64,000 nt of DNA from Selaginella moellendorffii (lineage: Eukaryota; Plantae; Lycopodiophyta), in assembly GCF_000143415.4 (NCBI RefSeq), contig NW_003314321.1, positions 1,182,422 through 1,246,421 on the forward strand, given 5' to 3'. The notes under the pieces were generated by a model. It was given only the letters and a program-made list of their open reading frames with translations, searched no databases and had not been told where the DNA came from. Position 1 is the stretch's first letter; the number at the start of each line of letters is the position of its first letter. The position numbers and the translations under genes are program-made. Shown piece by piece: positions 45,681-57,932 of this stretch.

Positions 45681-47500
45681 ATTCTCTAAATCTTGTTTCA
45701 GGCTGTTGAGTTTGGTCTTCATAGTGATAAACTCAATGCTTCGAACTGCTAGCTCACTTGGCTGATTCGTAGTCTTGTGAGCGAAGGCACAACTAACCTT
45801 GACTTTATAGTGTTGCTGCAACGTCTGCTATTGCTGTGGCTGCCTCATCTTGCTAGATTGATCAATTGAGAGTGTGTCATTGTCAAATGTGTAGGTGGAC
45901 TAGAGAAGACTAAACTCGTACTTCTCCAGTTCACCTAAAACCTCTTTTGTAGCCTATCAATTTAAATTCGGGATTGATTCAACATTATTAGCCCAATTAT
46001 CAACAAGTGTATTTCTCTTTATGGGTATCCAAGCTTTATTGTGGACTATTAAAGTTCTTATAATAGCTTCTTTGCCTAAGATTGTATAAAATTGTAGCAA
46101 TTATCTAATAGGTAGCATTTTATAAATCCTTTATAGGTTATAATACTTAGAATTTATATCTAACTTAAATAGACAGACTATCTCTCTGTCTAAGAAAAAT
46201 ATTTTCTTTTTATATAGGTAACTCCACAGCTATAAGTCTCACTTACACTGGGTACTTACAAAATAATCTAAATATATTATCACACCTTCTTTGATAATAG
46301 TAAAGGTACCAGGAGTCAAATTTTATATACCTTGAGCAAAATATTGTCAAGTATTTCATTCGATAATTTGTCGAGCTGTTTAAGCAATTTCATTAAATCT
46401 ATCATTCGTTAGCCTAGTTAAGCACACAAGATAATTTAGTTTTTACTTTCTTATACTTTTGATTAGCCACATAGAATGGGGATCAATCAACTTTTGTCTG
46501 GGTCTATAAGTAAAATAATCTTCTGATAAATGTGGTGAATCATTAGTAAGCATTCTTATTTTATGTACCTCAATTCTCCCATTCAACTTCTATCAAGACA
46601 ATGGAGGGTTGTCAATCCTCAATCTCTCCACTTAGGTGCACAAAAGGTCCTTCCCTTTATACCCATTTTTAGTGTGGTTAAAATTAATGTAATGTAAGGT
46701 TTCTAGCGCATGATAGCCAATTCCAAAGTAGTTTACTTACTTCACAATGGGTTTTACCCTCTAGCTTATATCCAACCTTGCCCTTACAATTGTGGAATTA
46801 AAAAAAATGGTCTATTACTCTTAGTAAATTTTAGGCAAACTAAATCAACACTAAGGGTTAATTTCGTGGAGACTTATTTGTGATATTTCCCTATGAAATC
46901 AACACAAAAGTAGAATTGTCTAGCATATAATAGCTTATTCTAGATTAATTTACTTGTGAAATAACATTAAGTAGCTTTTCAAATATGTGATAGTTAATTC
47001 ATGGAAGACTTTGTTTTAAATCTAAATAAAAATTGTTTTTCAAGGTTAATTTTTTTTTAGCCTCTTCACTAATGTGCGGTTATGGTCAATACAAGTCTCT
47101 ACTCAAGCTTATATGACAGATTTTTAAACTTTGTAGTATATTTTAGAATTTCTAGGAGTGTCTGAGGCTATTTCACCTTTTAAAACATATTCTAATATTT
47201 CTAAACTTATTTTAGTTCTTTAAAGATCAAAGTGACAGTAATAGTGTCTCTAAGACTGATGCCTATCCTTAGCAACAAGCTCTACAACTCTCTATTCCAT
47301 GTTTATAGTGTGAAGCCTCTCGACTGCTTCATTTAGCAAAAACTCAATTAGTATATAGGGTGATCTATGCATTCGAAACATAGGTGGAAATTAAGCTATA
47401 ACTTTTACTAAAGTAGTTGTATAATTTTGTGTATATGAAATATATTCACTAGGTAGTCATTCTCTCTTGTGAGGAGGTATATACACCTGTGAATCATGTC
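45681..47500 (-). mobile_element. Strongly decayed Gypsy pol-like sequence
   Basis: VIIYLDY-like RT motif at ~46260-46290 on the minus strand; otherwise no ORFs. Confidence 0.35.
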
Positions 47501-48039
47501 TCACAAAGGGTGGTTCACACTTTACAAAGGGTATTTCACGCCTTTTGTGAGTATTTCCCCTAGTAATTAAGCATCACTCAACTAGTCTAAAGGCAGATTT
47601 TCACACCTATTCACTTGTATATTTGTTCTTTGTCTATACCTCACTTTAAAGGATATAAGGCACGTTTCACATGATTGCTGGAGAACTACAAAATCACCTT
47701 TACAATGATCTTGTGGATCCTCTCAAATCTAAACTAAATCCAAATATAAAAAGGAAAGAAATACTTAGCCATGTGTTGTTGCAAAGATTGATACACATCT
47801 CACAGCCTTGATCCCCAGAAGATAGTGAGTAAAATAGGCATGGAAGAGAAGAGTAGATGTTGAGCAAGTGGAGTGTATGCTATTATGGCCAAGGATATAA
47901 AAAGATAGAAAGGGGATAGGTTTGGCGTGCTATCACTAGCCTATATAACCATTACATGCTCAGTCTTCCAACTCAGGAATTTTGACTGGGAGAAATCTTG
48001 ATCTCAATTCCTAACTCAAGAAATGCCTTTGTGCAAAAA

Positions 48040-49958
48040 TCACGATGCAAAATGCATGTACCTCTCTACTCTCCGATGACTAGAGTTGAGCAGCTCCTGT
48101 AGCTCAAGCTTCCATTGTGGTGGTAGTAGTAGTTGTGGTGTTAACCTCTGGTTCTTCCTTGTAGTCCTCGAGCTTGTCGCGAGTGTAGTTCTTAATGGCA
48201 GTCTTGAGCACTTGAAGTCGAGCCTTGAGCTCCATGTTTTCTTTGGTGAGGCGGGCATTCTTGAGTTGGTACTGCTGTGCTAACTCGAAAGATTTTTGGC
48301 AGGTGTTTGGTGTTGGGAGTCTATGAGCCTGTATAGTGTGAAGGATTCCCTTTACCTAATCAAGTTCCTAAGCCATGCTCGCCATCTTCTCCTCGTGTGG
48401 GCGTGCAAAAACATTGTGAAAGAAGCTCTCCATGCCATCCCACGTGTACACTACCATGTTGGAGTTATGGTACTGCTCCAAGAAGTTTGTAGGCATGGGA
48501 TGAATCACTTTCAGTTGCTATTGCTCCTCTGCCTTGACTAGAACGTTGTTGGTGGTGTATTTATCATAATGATGGCATTTGTTGCTCATGTGCTTGTGAT
48601 GAAACTGGTGTTGCATTGTTGAACGAGGCAGCTATAGCTCAGTTGGCGGCCATGTCTGGTGTGGCTCAGCTAGCTGCTGTAGCTCAGTTGGCTGCTGCGG
48701 CAAAGATGGTTGCTCCTCAGCACACTGATGTGGTGGAGACAGTTGCTCAGCAGGCTGTGGCAACAAAGGTTGGTGTTGCTCGATGGGCTGCAACAGTGGA
48801 GGTTGCTGCTGCTGAGGCTGGTGTTGCTTGGCGGACTGCTCCTGCTGTGTGGGTGGTTTGTGAAGAGTGTTGTGCCCTTGCACAATGGATGGTGGAATTG
48901 TAACCGTCTTAGGATTTTCAAGAATATTCTGTGTCAATGAAACATGATCGTCCATTGGAATTGTTGTTGCTGGAGACGGAGATGGTGCCAGTTCATGCAG
49001 TGGTGATGGTGGTAAAATCTGGCTGCGGTGAGCTTAGAGGCTGCAAGCTCTTTGTTGATGGCTGAGTAGGTGCCAAACTCTGCTGCCATTTTGTTTTGGA
49101 GCTAGAGGTTCTCATTGGTTGTTGTCATTTCGGCACCTTGTGCTGGATTGTTTGCACATCACTGTTTTCATTGTCAATCTATGGAGGTGCAACGTTTCTT
49201 CGGCCTTGTCCCCGTGTCTTTCTTCATGGAGTTGTTGCTGTCTTTCGTTGAACCTTTTTCTTCTCAGTGTTTATCAAGTGGTCTTCAACTTGACGCTTTG
49301 AACTTTTTGTGGCTGCGTGCTATGGAGGTAGAGGTGGTGGACTGTAGATCACCATGGCTTGACTTCTATGCATGATGATGGCTCAGACATATGGTAGTAT
49401 CAGTGTCTTCACACATCTCGTCGTGTTGAGATCTGCTATCACCTTCTTAGGTTCCCTGCGAAATTTCGGGATCACATATCCTGCTAAATCCACTTTCTTC
49501 CCAGCTTGAAGATCCTCGTAAATGAAGGCTACGGATCTGCTCACTGTTATGGCAATCTCCCAAAACTCCAGGTTGAGAACAAGGAACTTGAAGATTTTGT
49601 AGAGCTCGTCCTTGACGTTGGAGAATTGCAAACTAAGCGCCGAGTTGTAGCTCTCGGGATCTTTCATGATGTCATGACTTAAAGCCCGTGTGCGTGGAGC
49701 AGAGACTGGCTTGCCTTTGGCTGGGAGACAAAGTGCTGCTGCCACCTCCGAAACTTCAAGTTCAACCTAGCCGGTGGCGAGATCCATCAAGTGAGCCTTC
49801 TCGTTGCTCACTTGATTCATGAGATATCCCGCCATTCGTTCTGCAAAGTTGAAGAGGCCGTGAGTGCGAGTCCAATGCTTGACATCAGCATTGAATTGCC
49901 ACTCGTGATTTTGAGAAAGGATGATGGTATCTGTCTTGGGTGTTTGCTTAGTTCGCAT
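48040..49958 (-). pseudogene. Extra 3' ORF of the non-chromovirus Gypsy (conserved-looking N-terminus, Q/P-rich C-terminus), disrupted
   Basis: Starts MRTKQT at 49958 downstream of the integrase and reads through a TAG at 49767 into ORF 49383-49745. Gln-rich ORF at 48632-48955. Confidence 0.55.
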
Positions 49959-50439
49959 TGTGTTGACTCTTCGGTGTTGTTGAGAATGCTCTTGTACCTG
50001 TGATGCAAATAGAGGAAAAGATATGAGCGCTCTTTCTATACTCGTGAACACACTCTTCTTGCTTCTTTTGTGGGCACTCTCTTTTCTACTTGCTTTCTTC
50101 TTGTTTCTCTCAATTGGTGTGTTTCTTAGAATCTGATGCACTCGTTTGAGATGGGTGAGAGTGCCTAGTTGATGATCACTCTCTAGCGCACTTGTGATCT
50201 CAAGATTTTTTTGCCACTCAAGCTTACCCTTGTGATGTTCTAGTGTGCACTTCCTCACCGTCAGGGTTAGGGCTAACTCTATTTTATTGTTTTGTTCATA
50301 TGGTGTTCTTGCATTTTCACTAAGTCTTTGCTTGAGTAGACTTGTTTGTAATTGTTGTGGACTTTTTTTGTGGACAACGTGAGTTGTACTGGTTTCATTG
50401 GTAGTCAATTCTAGCATGGTGTGCTTGGCTTGCATATAC

Positions 50440-53400
50440 ACTATACTTGGTTCTTGATATTTTCTCAATTTGGTGAGATTGACTATTTGAATTTCTTCAT
50501 CATCAAATGTTGCTAAGTGAGCTGTGCCGAGTGTTTGCATACTTGTGATCTTGAATGGTCTTTCCCATTGATGTACCAATTTGCCTCCAATTTTGTCAAT
50601 ATTTCCTCTATACCATAGAACAAAATTTCCAACTTCAAATCTATCAGTTTTCTTTTTAATCTGTTTTCTATCGTGATAAGCTTTTCTCCTTGCTTGTATG
50701 GCTTCAATTGTCCATAAAGCATATAATCTTTCTTCATCTAACTTTTCTAGCATAGCCAATCTTTTCTTGATTGATTCTTCTTGATTAATTTGCAGCTGAA
50801 TTGCCATTCTTAAGGATGGTATAGTATATTCTAGTGGTGTCAAAGCTTCAAGTCCATAAGCTAATTTGAATGGAGTTGAATTTGTTGAAACTTTATATGC
50901 TATTCTATAAGCCCAAAGAGCATCATAAACTTTATTATCCCAATCTTTAAAATTGGTTTGCACTATTTTCTTCAATATATTCTTGAGTGTTTTGTTTGTG
51001 GATTCGGCTTGGCCGTTGCCTTATGGATAATATGGTGTAGATTTTTTATGTTTGATGAGGAATTCATCTAGTAAAATCTTGATTGTTTCATTGAGGAAAT
51101 ATGTTCCTCTATCCGTTACTATTTCTCGAGGTAATCCATATCTTGTGATAATCGTTTCATAAAGAAACTTTGTTGTATTCTTTACTGTCGCTTTCTTGAG
51201 TGGTTGGGCTTCTGCCCATTTTGTCATATAATCTGTTGCCACCAAAATATATTGATTTTGCTCTTTTGTATAGGTCTTATAAAATCTAGGCCCCATCTTT
51301 GGAAAGGTTGCATTGCTATAGTCGGATTCAGTTGTTGTGTTTGTTTCTTGGATGGAAATTGTGTACGTTGACAAATATCACAAGTTTGACAAAACTGTGA
51401 AGTGTCTTTCCATAATGTAGGCCACCATCGGCTTGTTTGCAACATTTTCCTTGCTGTAATTTCTTCTGCAAAATGCCCTCCAAAGCAACTAGCATAGGCT
51501 TCTTCTAGTAACACGTGTATCTCTTCTTGTGATCATACACATCTTCTTAATATATTATCATGTCTAATTCTATAAAGTCTTCCTCTGACAACTGAGTATT
51601 GTTGTGTCCTCAAGACGAATTGTTTCCATTGATCTTGTATGGTGCATGATATGGGAACTTTTGTAGTAGTTAAATAATTAAAGATTTCTTGAAGTGTATC
51701 GTGGGTGGTAATCTTAAAAAGATGTGAATCAGGTAAGTCATCGTTAGGGTCTTGTATATTTTCTCCGGTTGTAATTCTGCTGAGATGATCAGCTTGTTCA
51801 TGGTATTTGCCAGGTTTGTGAACTATTTCGAAATTGAATTCTTGTAATAACAAAAATCATCTTGCTATTTATCTGCTAAGGATGGGTTGTTGAGTAGATG
51901 AATCAATGCTTGATGATCAATGAATATTTTGACTTTGTGGAAAGTAAATAATGTTGGAATTTGGTCAAGGCATATATCATGCCTAAGGATTCTTTTTCTA
52001 TAGTTGTATAATTCATTTCAGGTGGAGAAAGGCGTCAACTTGCATAATAGATGAGGTGATCATGATGATCATCTTTTCTTTGGCAAAGAATTGCTCCTAA
52101 CACATAGTCAAAGGCATCAACTTGTACGAGAAACTTTTGAGTCCAATTTGGTTAGACTAGAATTGGTGCCTGTGTAAGTTTTTCTTTGAGTACCAAAAAT
52201 GCTTGCTAACATTCTTGAGTCCAGTGATAGAATTTGTTTTTCTTGAGTAAATCAGTTAATGGTTTAGCGACTTTAACATAGTCCTTGATAAATCTTCTAT
52301 GGTAACCCATCTTGCCCAAAAAACTTCGCAAACTTTTGAGATCATAAGGTTGTTGCATTTTCATAATGATGTTGGTTTTAAATTTATCAATTTGAATGCC
52401 TTGAATGGAAACAATGTGGCTAAGTAGTATTCCTGATTTAACAAAGAAAATACATTTTTCAGGATTAAGAGTAACTTGGTTTTGTCTACATTTGATAAAA
52501 CATTTCTTGAGGTATTCAAGGTGTTTGTTTTTAGGTCCAAAGACACTAAAGTCATCCATAAATACTAATATAAAATCTGTGAGATAATTTTGGAAAGTAT
52601 CGGTAATGATCCGTTGAAAGGTAAATGGGGTATTGGTTAATCCAAATGGCATTCCCATGTATGCATATGCTCCCCAAGGACTTATGAAAGCTGTTTTATG
52701 TTGATCTTCGATAGCTATGTGTGCTTGATTGTAGCCTGAAAAACCATCAAGAAATGAGTACATCTCATGACCAGCTATAGCATCGAGTATTTCATCTTAA
52801 AATGGGATGGGAAAGGCATCTTTTGTAATGGCATCATTTAAGTTTTTGTAGTTCACACAGATGTGTAATTTCCCATTTTTCTTGGGTACAATAACTAAAG
52901 GTAATAGCCATTGGGCATTTTGTATTGGATATATAAATCTTACTTCAAGGAGTTTGTTGATTTTAGCTTTTATTTTTTTAGCAAACATTGGATTCATCCG
53001 ATAAGCAATTTGTTTAATGGGTCGAATTCTTGGAAGTAATTCAATTCGATGTGTACATAAATCTAGTGGTATACCTTTGAGGTCTTTATAAGACCAAGCA
53101 AAGACATCTTTATACTTAGTAAGAAGTGTAGTACTATCAAGTTTAAAAGGTTTGTTGAGTTGTATAGCTATTAAGACATTTTGTGGGTTTGAGGGAACCT
53201 TTAGATTTAATTCTTCAATATCTTCATTAATATTTACACAAAGTTTGAATTCTTGATTTTCAATGGTGAGAGCTGGTTTGTCTTGTATATCTAGGTGATA
53301 TTCTGTAGTTTGTAATTGTTCTGGTTGTATCATTGGTCTTGCTTTTTGTATAGTGGTTTTTGTTGTATGTGTCTTCTTTAAATTGGGTTGTTTTGAATCT

Positions 53401-55900
53401 TTATAGTTTTGACATTTGGTTATAGGAAGTATCATGTTGAGGTCAATTTCTTGAATTGCTTTAAGTTCAGGATATGCTTCAAATAATTTAGCTTTTTCAA
53501 AATTGTCTAAGCCTTTTTGCCAATTATATTCTTGAACTTGTGTTGGTTGGAAACTTCTTGAGATTTTCTTGCTTGTCAATGTTGATATTTTAGTTTGTCC
53601 TTGTTGGGATTGGATACATATCTCATGTTCCATCCAATACTGTGTAGAAACAACTTTGTTAAGCCAAAGTTTGCCTAACAAGATTTCGTAAGAAGATTCT
53701 TCAATTGGCATTTTTAACACAACAAAGTTAACCTTAAATTTATGTCCTTTGACTGTCATAGAGACATCACGGATGATGCTTGCTGATCTGACAACTCTTT
53801 GATCAGCCATGCATACATTGAATGGTGCAGTTTATATATTGCCCAGTCCTAAAGCTTTGCATAGAGAATAGTCGATGATATTATCCCTAGAACCTCCATC
53901 AAGGATAGCTCTTTCAATATAATTTTTGCTGATGTGTATGTTGATACAAAGTACATTATCATCATAATCACCAGGTTAGATTCTTTCAACTTATTCTTGT
54001 TGTGTTAGTTGAGATTAGTGTTTTTCTTGTGTGAGAGCTTCAGGGATCCTTTTATTACATATCTTTAAGATTTGGTCTTTCATATATAGTGCTATTTGCA
54101 GTATTTGTTGTAGAGTTAAAGTAATTCCCTGTTGTAGTATGTGCTCGGCAATGGTTGTATACTCATCTTGAGTAAAGCTTAATACTTGAGTTTGGTCATC
54201 TTGATTGTATATTTGATCATTAATAATTTTGAGATTTTTGTTTTGAAGCTCTTGTTGAATGGTATTAAGTATTTTTTTACTCTTTTTCCAATTAGTATTC
54301 TCGATTTCTAATGCTTGATCACTTTCATCTTGTTCTTCATAATTATCAAGTTGTTGACATTCATATTGTGTTCTTGTGATTACGAAGACTTTTGGTTCTT
54401 CAGTCATTAGTTGTTCTTCATCTTCTACATCAACTTCTGCTTGGACTACTCGTGCTGCTAGTGGTCTTTCAACAAGAGCTTGATTGACCCTTTGGTTTTA
54501 TAGATTGTATTGTTGCCTAGATTGATTTTCTTGTTGTTGATTTTGTCTTGGTTGATAATTTTGTTGCAATACTTGATTGTTGTAATTGTTATATTGCCTT
54601 TGTTGGCTTTGGTTGTAGTTGTTCCCTTGTGGATGTTAATAATTGTTTAGTTATCCATTGTATCATTGTTAGTTGTAATTTCCTCTATAATTATTTTGTC
54701 CTTGACTATAGTTTTGATTCCGTGGGGGATTATATCCATGATTATATCCTTTATTATATTATTGATTATCTTGGTAATAATAGTTTCTTGGTGGTCTTTG
54801 TTCTTGGTTGTTGTTTCCTTGATAATTTTGTCGTGGTGGTCCTCGTTGAACATTTGCCACTCTTGAAACTTTGGGGGTATTTCTATGGCTATATGTCCTT
54901 CTCTATTGCAAATCTGACATTTGGGTAAATGGAATTTACAGTCTGAAACAGAATGTCCTTCATTTTTGCATTTTGTACAAAAGACTCTTTGTTTAAGTTC
55001 AATTGAAGCTAACTTCTTCAATACATGTCTAATGTCTTTTTCCTGTGTTTGTTTCTTTTTGGTTTTGATTAATATTTCTTCCTCTTCATCATCCGAGTCA
55101 TCATTAGTATGAGAAGATTCATCTTTAGTGAATTGCTTAACCTATTTCTCAAGTTTTAAGATTCCTTGAGACAATGAATCAACACTTTCTTCATCAGGTG
55201 TATCAAGCAAGGCTATTATGTTGCGATAGGCTTCTCGTAATCCTTGTATATAAGACAAACTCTTGCCTTTGTTGGTGATGAGATCTTTACATTTCTTTGC
55301 ATGTAATTTGAATCGTCTAGTATAGTCTTGAATTCCTTCCTTTGGTCGCTGTTTTATATTCTTAATTTGCTCATAATACTCCTCCAGTGTTCCTCCGGTT
55401 GGGAATTGTTCCTTAAATTGTTTAAGTTTCTTGTCATGTGGTATAGAATCCTCTAGTGTATTATACCACTCAAGAGCTTTTTCTTTAAGTGTGTATGGGA
55501 AAAGTATGGCTTGATGCTGTTCTTGATTGTTCATTTTGACAATCTGGTTAAATTGTTTTACATGTAATTCTGAATCTTGTGAAAATTGGATATGTAATCA
55601 TGCTTCCAATTGTACTCATCAGGTTGATGATTGCCATAGGTGGTCATAGACTTTGTTGATTGAGTTGTTGTTTTGGTGAGTCTGGATTTGAGTAAAACTT
55701 TGGTGCTGTGTATTCTGCTTTTTCAAATGCCTCAAACTCTGGGGCATCTTCAATATTCAGTTCTTTGTTATTTTTGACTGGGTTGCTCGACTCAACAACT
55801 TGAATTTGTTTATCCTTTTTGTCGTACTTGTTTAAAATCATTTCTAAAATTTATTGCTGTTGTTGTTCTAATTTCTCTTTTACTACCTCTTCCTTTTTCA
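50440..55900 (-). mobile_element. Degenerate non-chromovirus Ty3/Gypsy (Athila/Tat-type) gag-pol
   Basis: Gag ORF 55142-55534. Zinc knuckles CTKCKNEGHSVSDC and CQICNREGH. Protease ILDGGS at ~53900. RT FLDGFSGYNQ and FMDD. Integrase WGLDF, YILVATDYMTKWAEA and TDRG. Many stops and frameshifts. Confidence 0.9.
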
Positions 55901-56059
55901 CTTCTTGATTCTTTTGTCAAAGATCTCTTTCCCAGCTCTTGATTGCGTCTGGTTTCTGTTTGTACATTTAGTTTGCTGAGTCTTCTTAACTTGAATGTCG
56001 AGATAAGTTTCCTAAATTTGTGTTTTGCCTAAATGATCTTGAGGCAATTGTTGTTCTTC

Positions 56060-56215
56060 ATAAATTGCAAAGTCAAGCTCTTGTGTCTTGAGTCTTCTAT
56101 AAGTTTGGTTTTGTAGTATAAATGCAAAGTCAAGTTCTTGTGTCTTGAGTCTTCTACAAGTTTGGTTTTGCTGTATAAATGTGAAGTCAAGCTCTTGTGT
56201 CTTGAGTCTTCAATC
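56060..56215. repeat. ~58-bp tandem repeat, about 2.7 copies, upstream of the Gypsy gag
   Basis: aagtcaagYtcttgtgtcttgagtcttc occurs three times. Confidence 0.85.
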
Positions 56216-56905
56216 GAGTTTTTCTTTCTTGATTTTTCCCAAGTTTCATCTCAAGGTCACTTTCCTGAGTCTAGCTCAAGTAAGGTCTTGTATTTGAAAA
56301 ATCTGATGGTGTAAGTAAGCACGATTTTGTTTGTTAGAAGGAGGTTTATTTTGTCACAAATTGATCGATTTAGCTGTTTGTTAGTAAATTTGGATACTGC
56401 TCGCCAACTTTGGGATCGAGCAGGTATGCAAACAATTGCAATTCTCTTTAGTAGCCCAATCTTGAACAGTTGTTTTAATCTCTTACAATGTGTTGGTTGT
56501 TTTGGAATGCGAGCTCTCACTATGAGCTTTTATGTTTCCTAGTCGCTGGTAAGATTTGAAAATGCTGAATACAGCAGTGGTTGTATTTTTAATGTCCTAA
56601 TTCTTGTATGTTTCTTGTCTCAAGTGACGTCCACACGTCAAAGTATAGATTCTAACAGATTCTTTTTGCTTTAAGCCTATATGTGCACAAATCTATCCAG
56701 TGTGCTTTACTATATGGTTGATTTTGTGATGGTGCATTTCCCTGATGCTGTACTTGCTGGTTTTGTTCTACTTCCCTCTATCGTATAGCACATTCTCTTT
56801 CATGATTCGAGTCAATCGCTTCGCAAACTTCCCAAGGTATAGTCTCAATTAATATTCTTGTATTATAATTTTGTAATCTTGACACAGGATCTCCTAAAAT
56901 ACTCC

Positions 56906-57337
56906 TGTAGCACACGTGGTTTTGACCCTTTATCCTATGGTGATTTATTATAGGATAACACCACGAAGCGGAACCTAAACCCTCTTTGTGCCACATGACA
57001 GATGCCACGTGTCACATGCCATGTATCCATAGGAACCTGAGGTTCAAGGCCTTGGGCCATTGAACGAAGGAATGGTGCCAAACTCCCAAGTGTGGAGCCA
57101 AAGAGTGGTGGAACCGAACCACGGAGCAACTCCTGAGCATATAGCCCAAGGAGCAAAGGGATAGGAGCCTGGAGCGACTTGGAACAGTCTTGGAGTAACC
57201 TGCATCTCAATGCTAGGACTAACACACAAAACGGAGCCAAACGGAGTTTGGCGCTATTTCGGCATACCGGTGGCCTAACGCGAGGACATAGGTACTCCAC
57301 CAGCTAGCATGGAATGGAACTTGGGCTTAGACCCAAG
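56906..57337 (-). mobile_element. Partial LTR (family of 21197-21749), cut by the Cassandra insertion
   Basis: Starts TGTAGCACACG. Similarity to the 21xxx copy stops at the Cassandra TG. Confidence 0.8.
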
Positions 57338-57932
57338 TGTAAGCAACCAAAGGGAACGACTCGAGAGACGATCCGTTGGGGTTCAAATATAGAGGGAAAG
57401 GGCCCATGAACAAGAGTGCACCCCCTTTTCCAATCGGTTAAGGGTCTTGGGATATTTGGGGTTAAGCGTCCTTGGGTTTGAATAGTACTGGGCTGGGTGA
57501 CCTCCCGGGAAGTCCAAACTCAGGAGCTTACATTTGGTATCGGAGCGGTCTCGGGTCCGACTCTGTTGGTTGGCTAAGGGAATCACACCACATGTTGATT
57601 GACATCTGGCTGGTCCAGTTTGCTCCCGCTGGGCTCGACCCGAGGGGTAGGGTGTCAAGAGAGCGAGGCTCTCGGGAGAGCTGCGGCTCTCAGCTTCCGT
57701 TCACGAGGGCGTGAACTTGCAGGGAAGCGTGGTGGATTGTAAGCAACCAAAGGGAACGACTCGAGAGACGATCCGTTGGGGTTCAAATATAGAGGGAAAG
57801 GGCCCATGAACAAGAGTGCACCCCCTTTTCCAATCGGTTAAGGGTCTTGGGATATTTGGGGTTAAGCGTCCTTGGGTTTGAATAGTACTGGGCTGGGTGA
57901 CCTCCCGGGAAGTCCAAATTTAGGAGCTTACA
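57338..57932 (+). mobile_element. Cassandra TRIM (195-bp LTRs 57338-57532 and 57738-57932 with a 5S rRNA-derived core)
   Basis: LTRs contain GTTAAGCGTCCTTGGG..AATAGTACTGGGCTGGGTGACCTCCCGGGAAGTCC (5S box A/C region). PBS TGGTATCGGAGC at 57535. PPT at 57721-57737. No TSD. Confidence 0.93.

Noticed and set aside
57460-57515. 5S rRNA gene (also ~57860 and ~62200)
   Set aside because: Only the internal ~55 nt of 5S is present, embedded in TG..CA LTRs with PBS and PPT. This is Cassandra, not rDNA.
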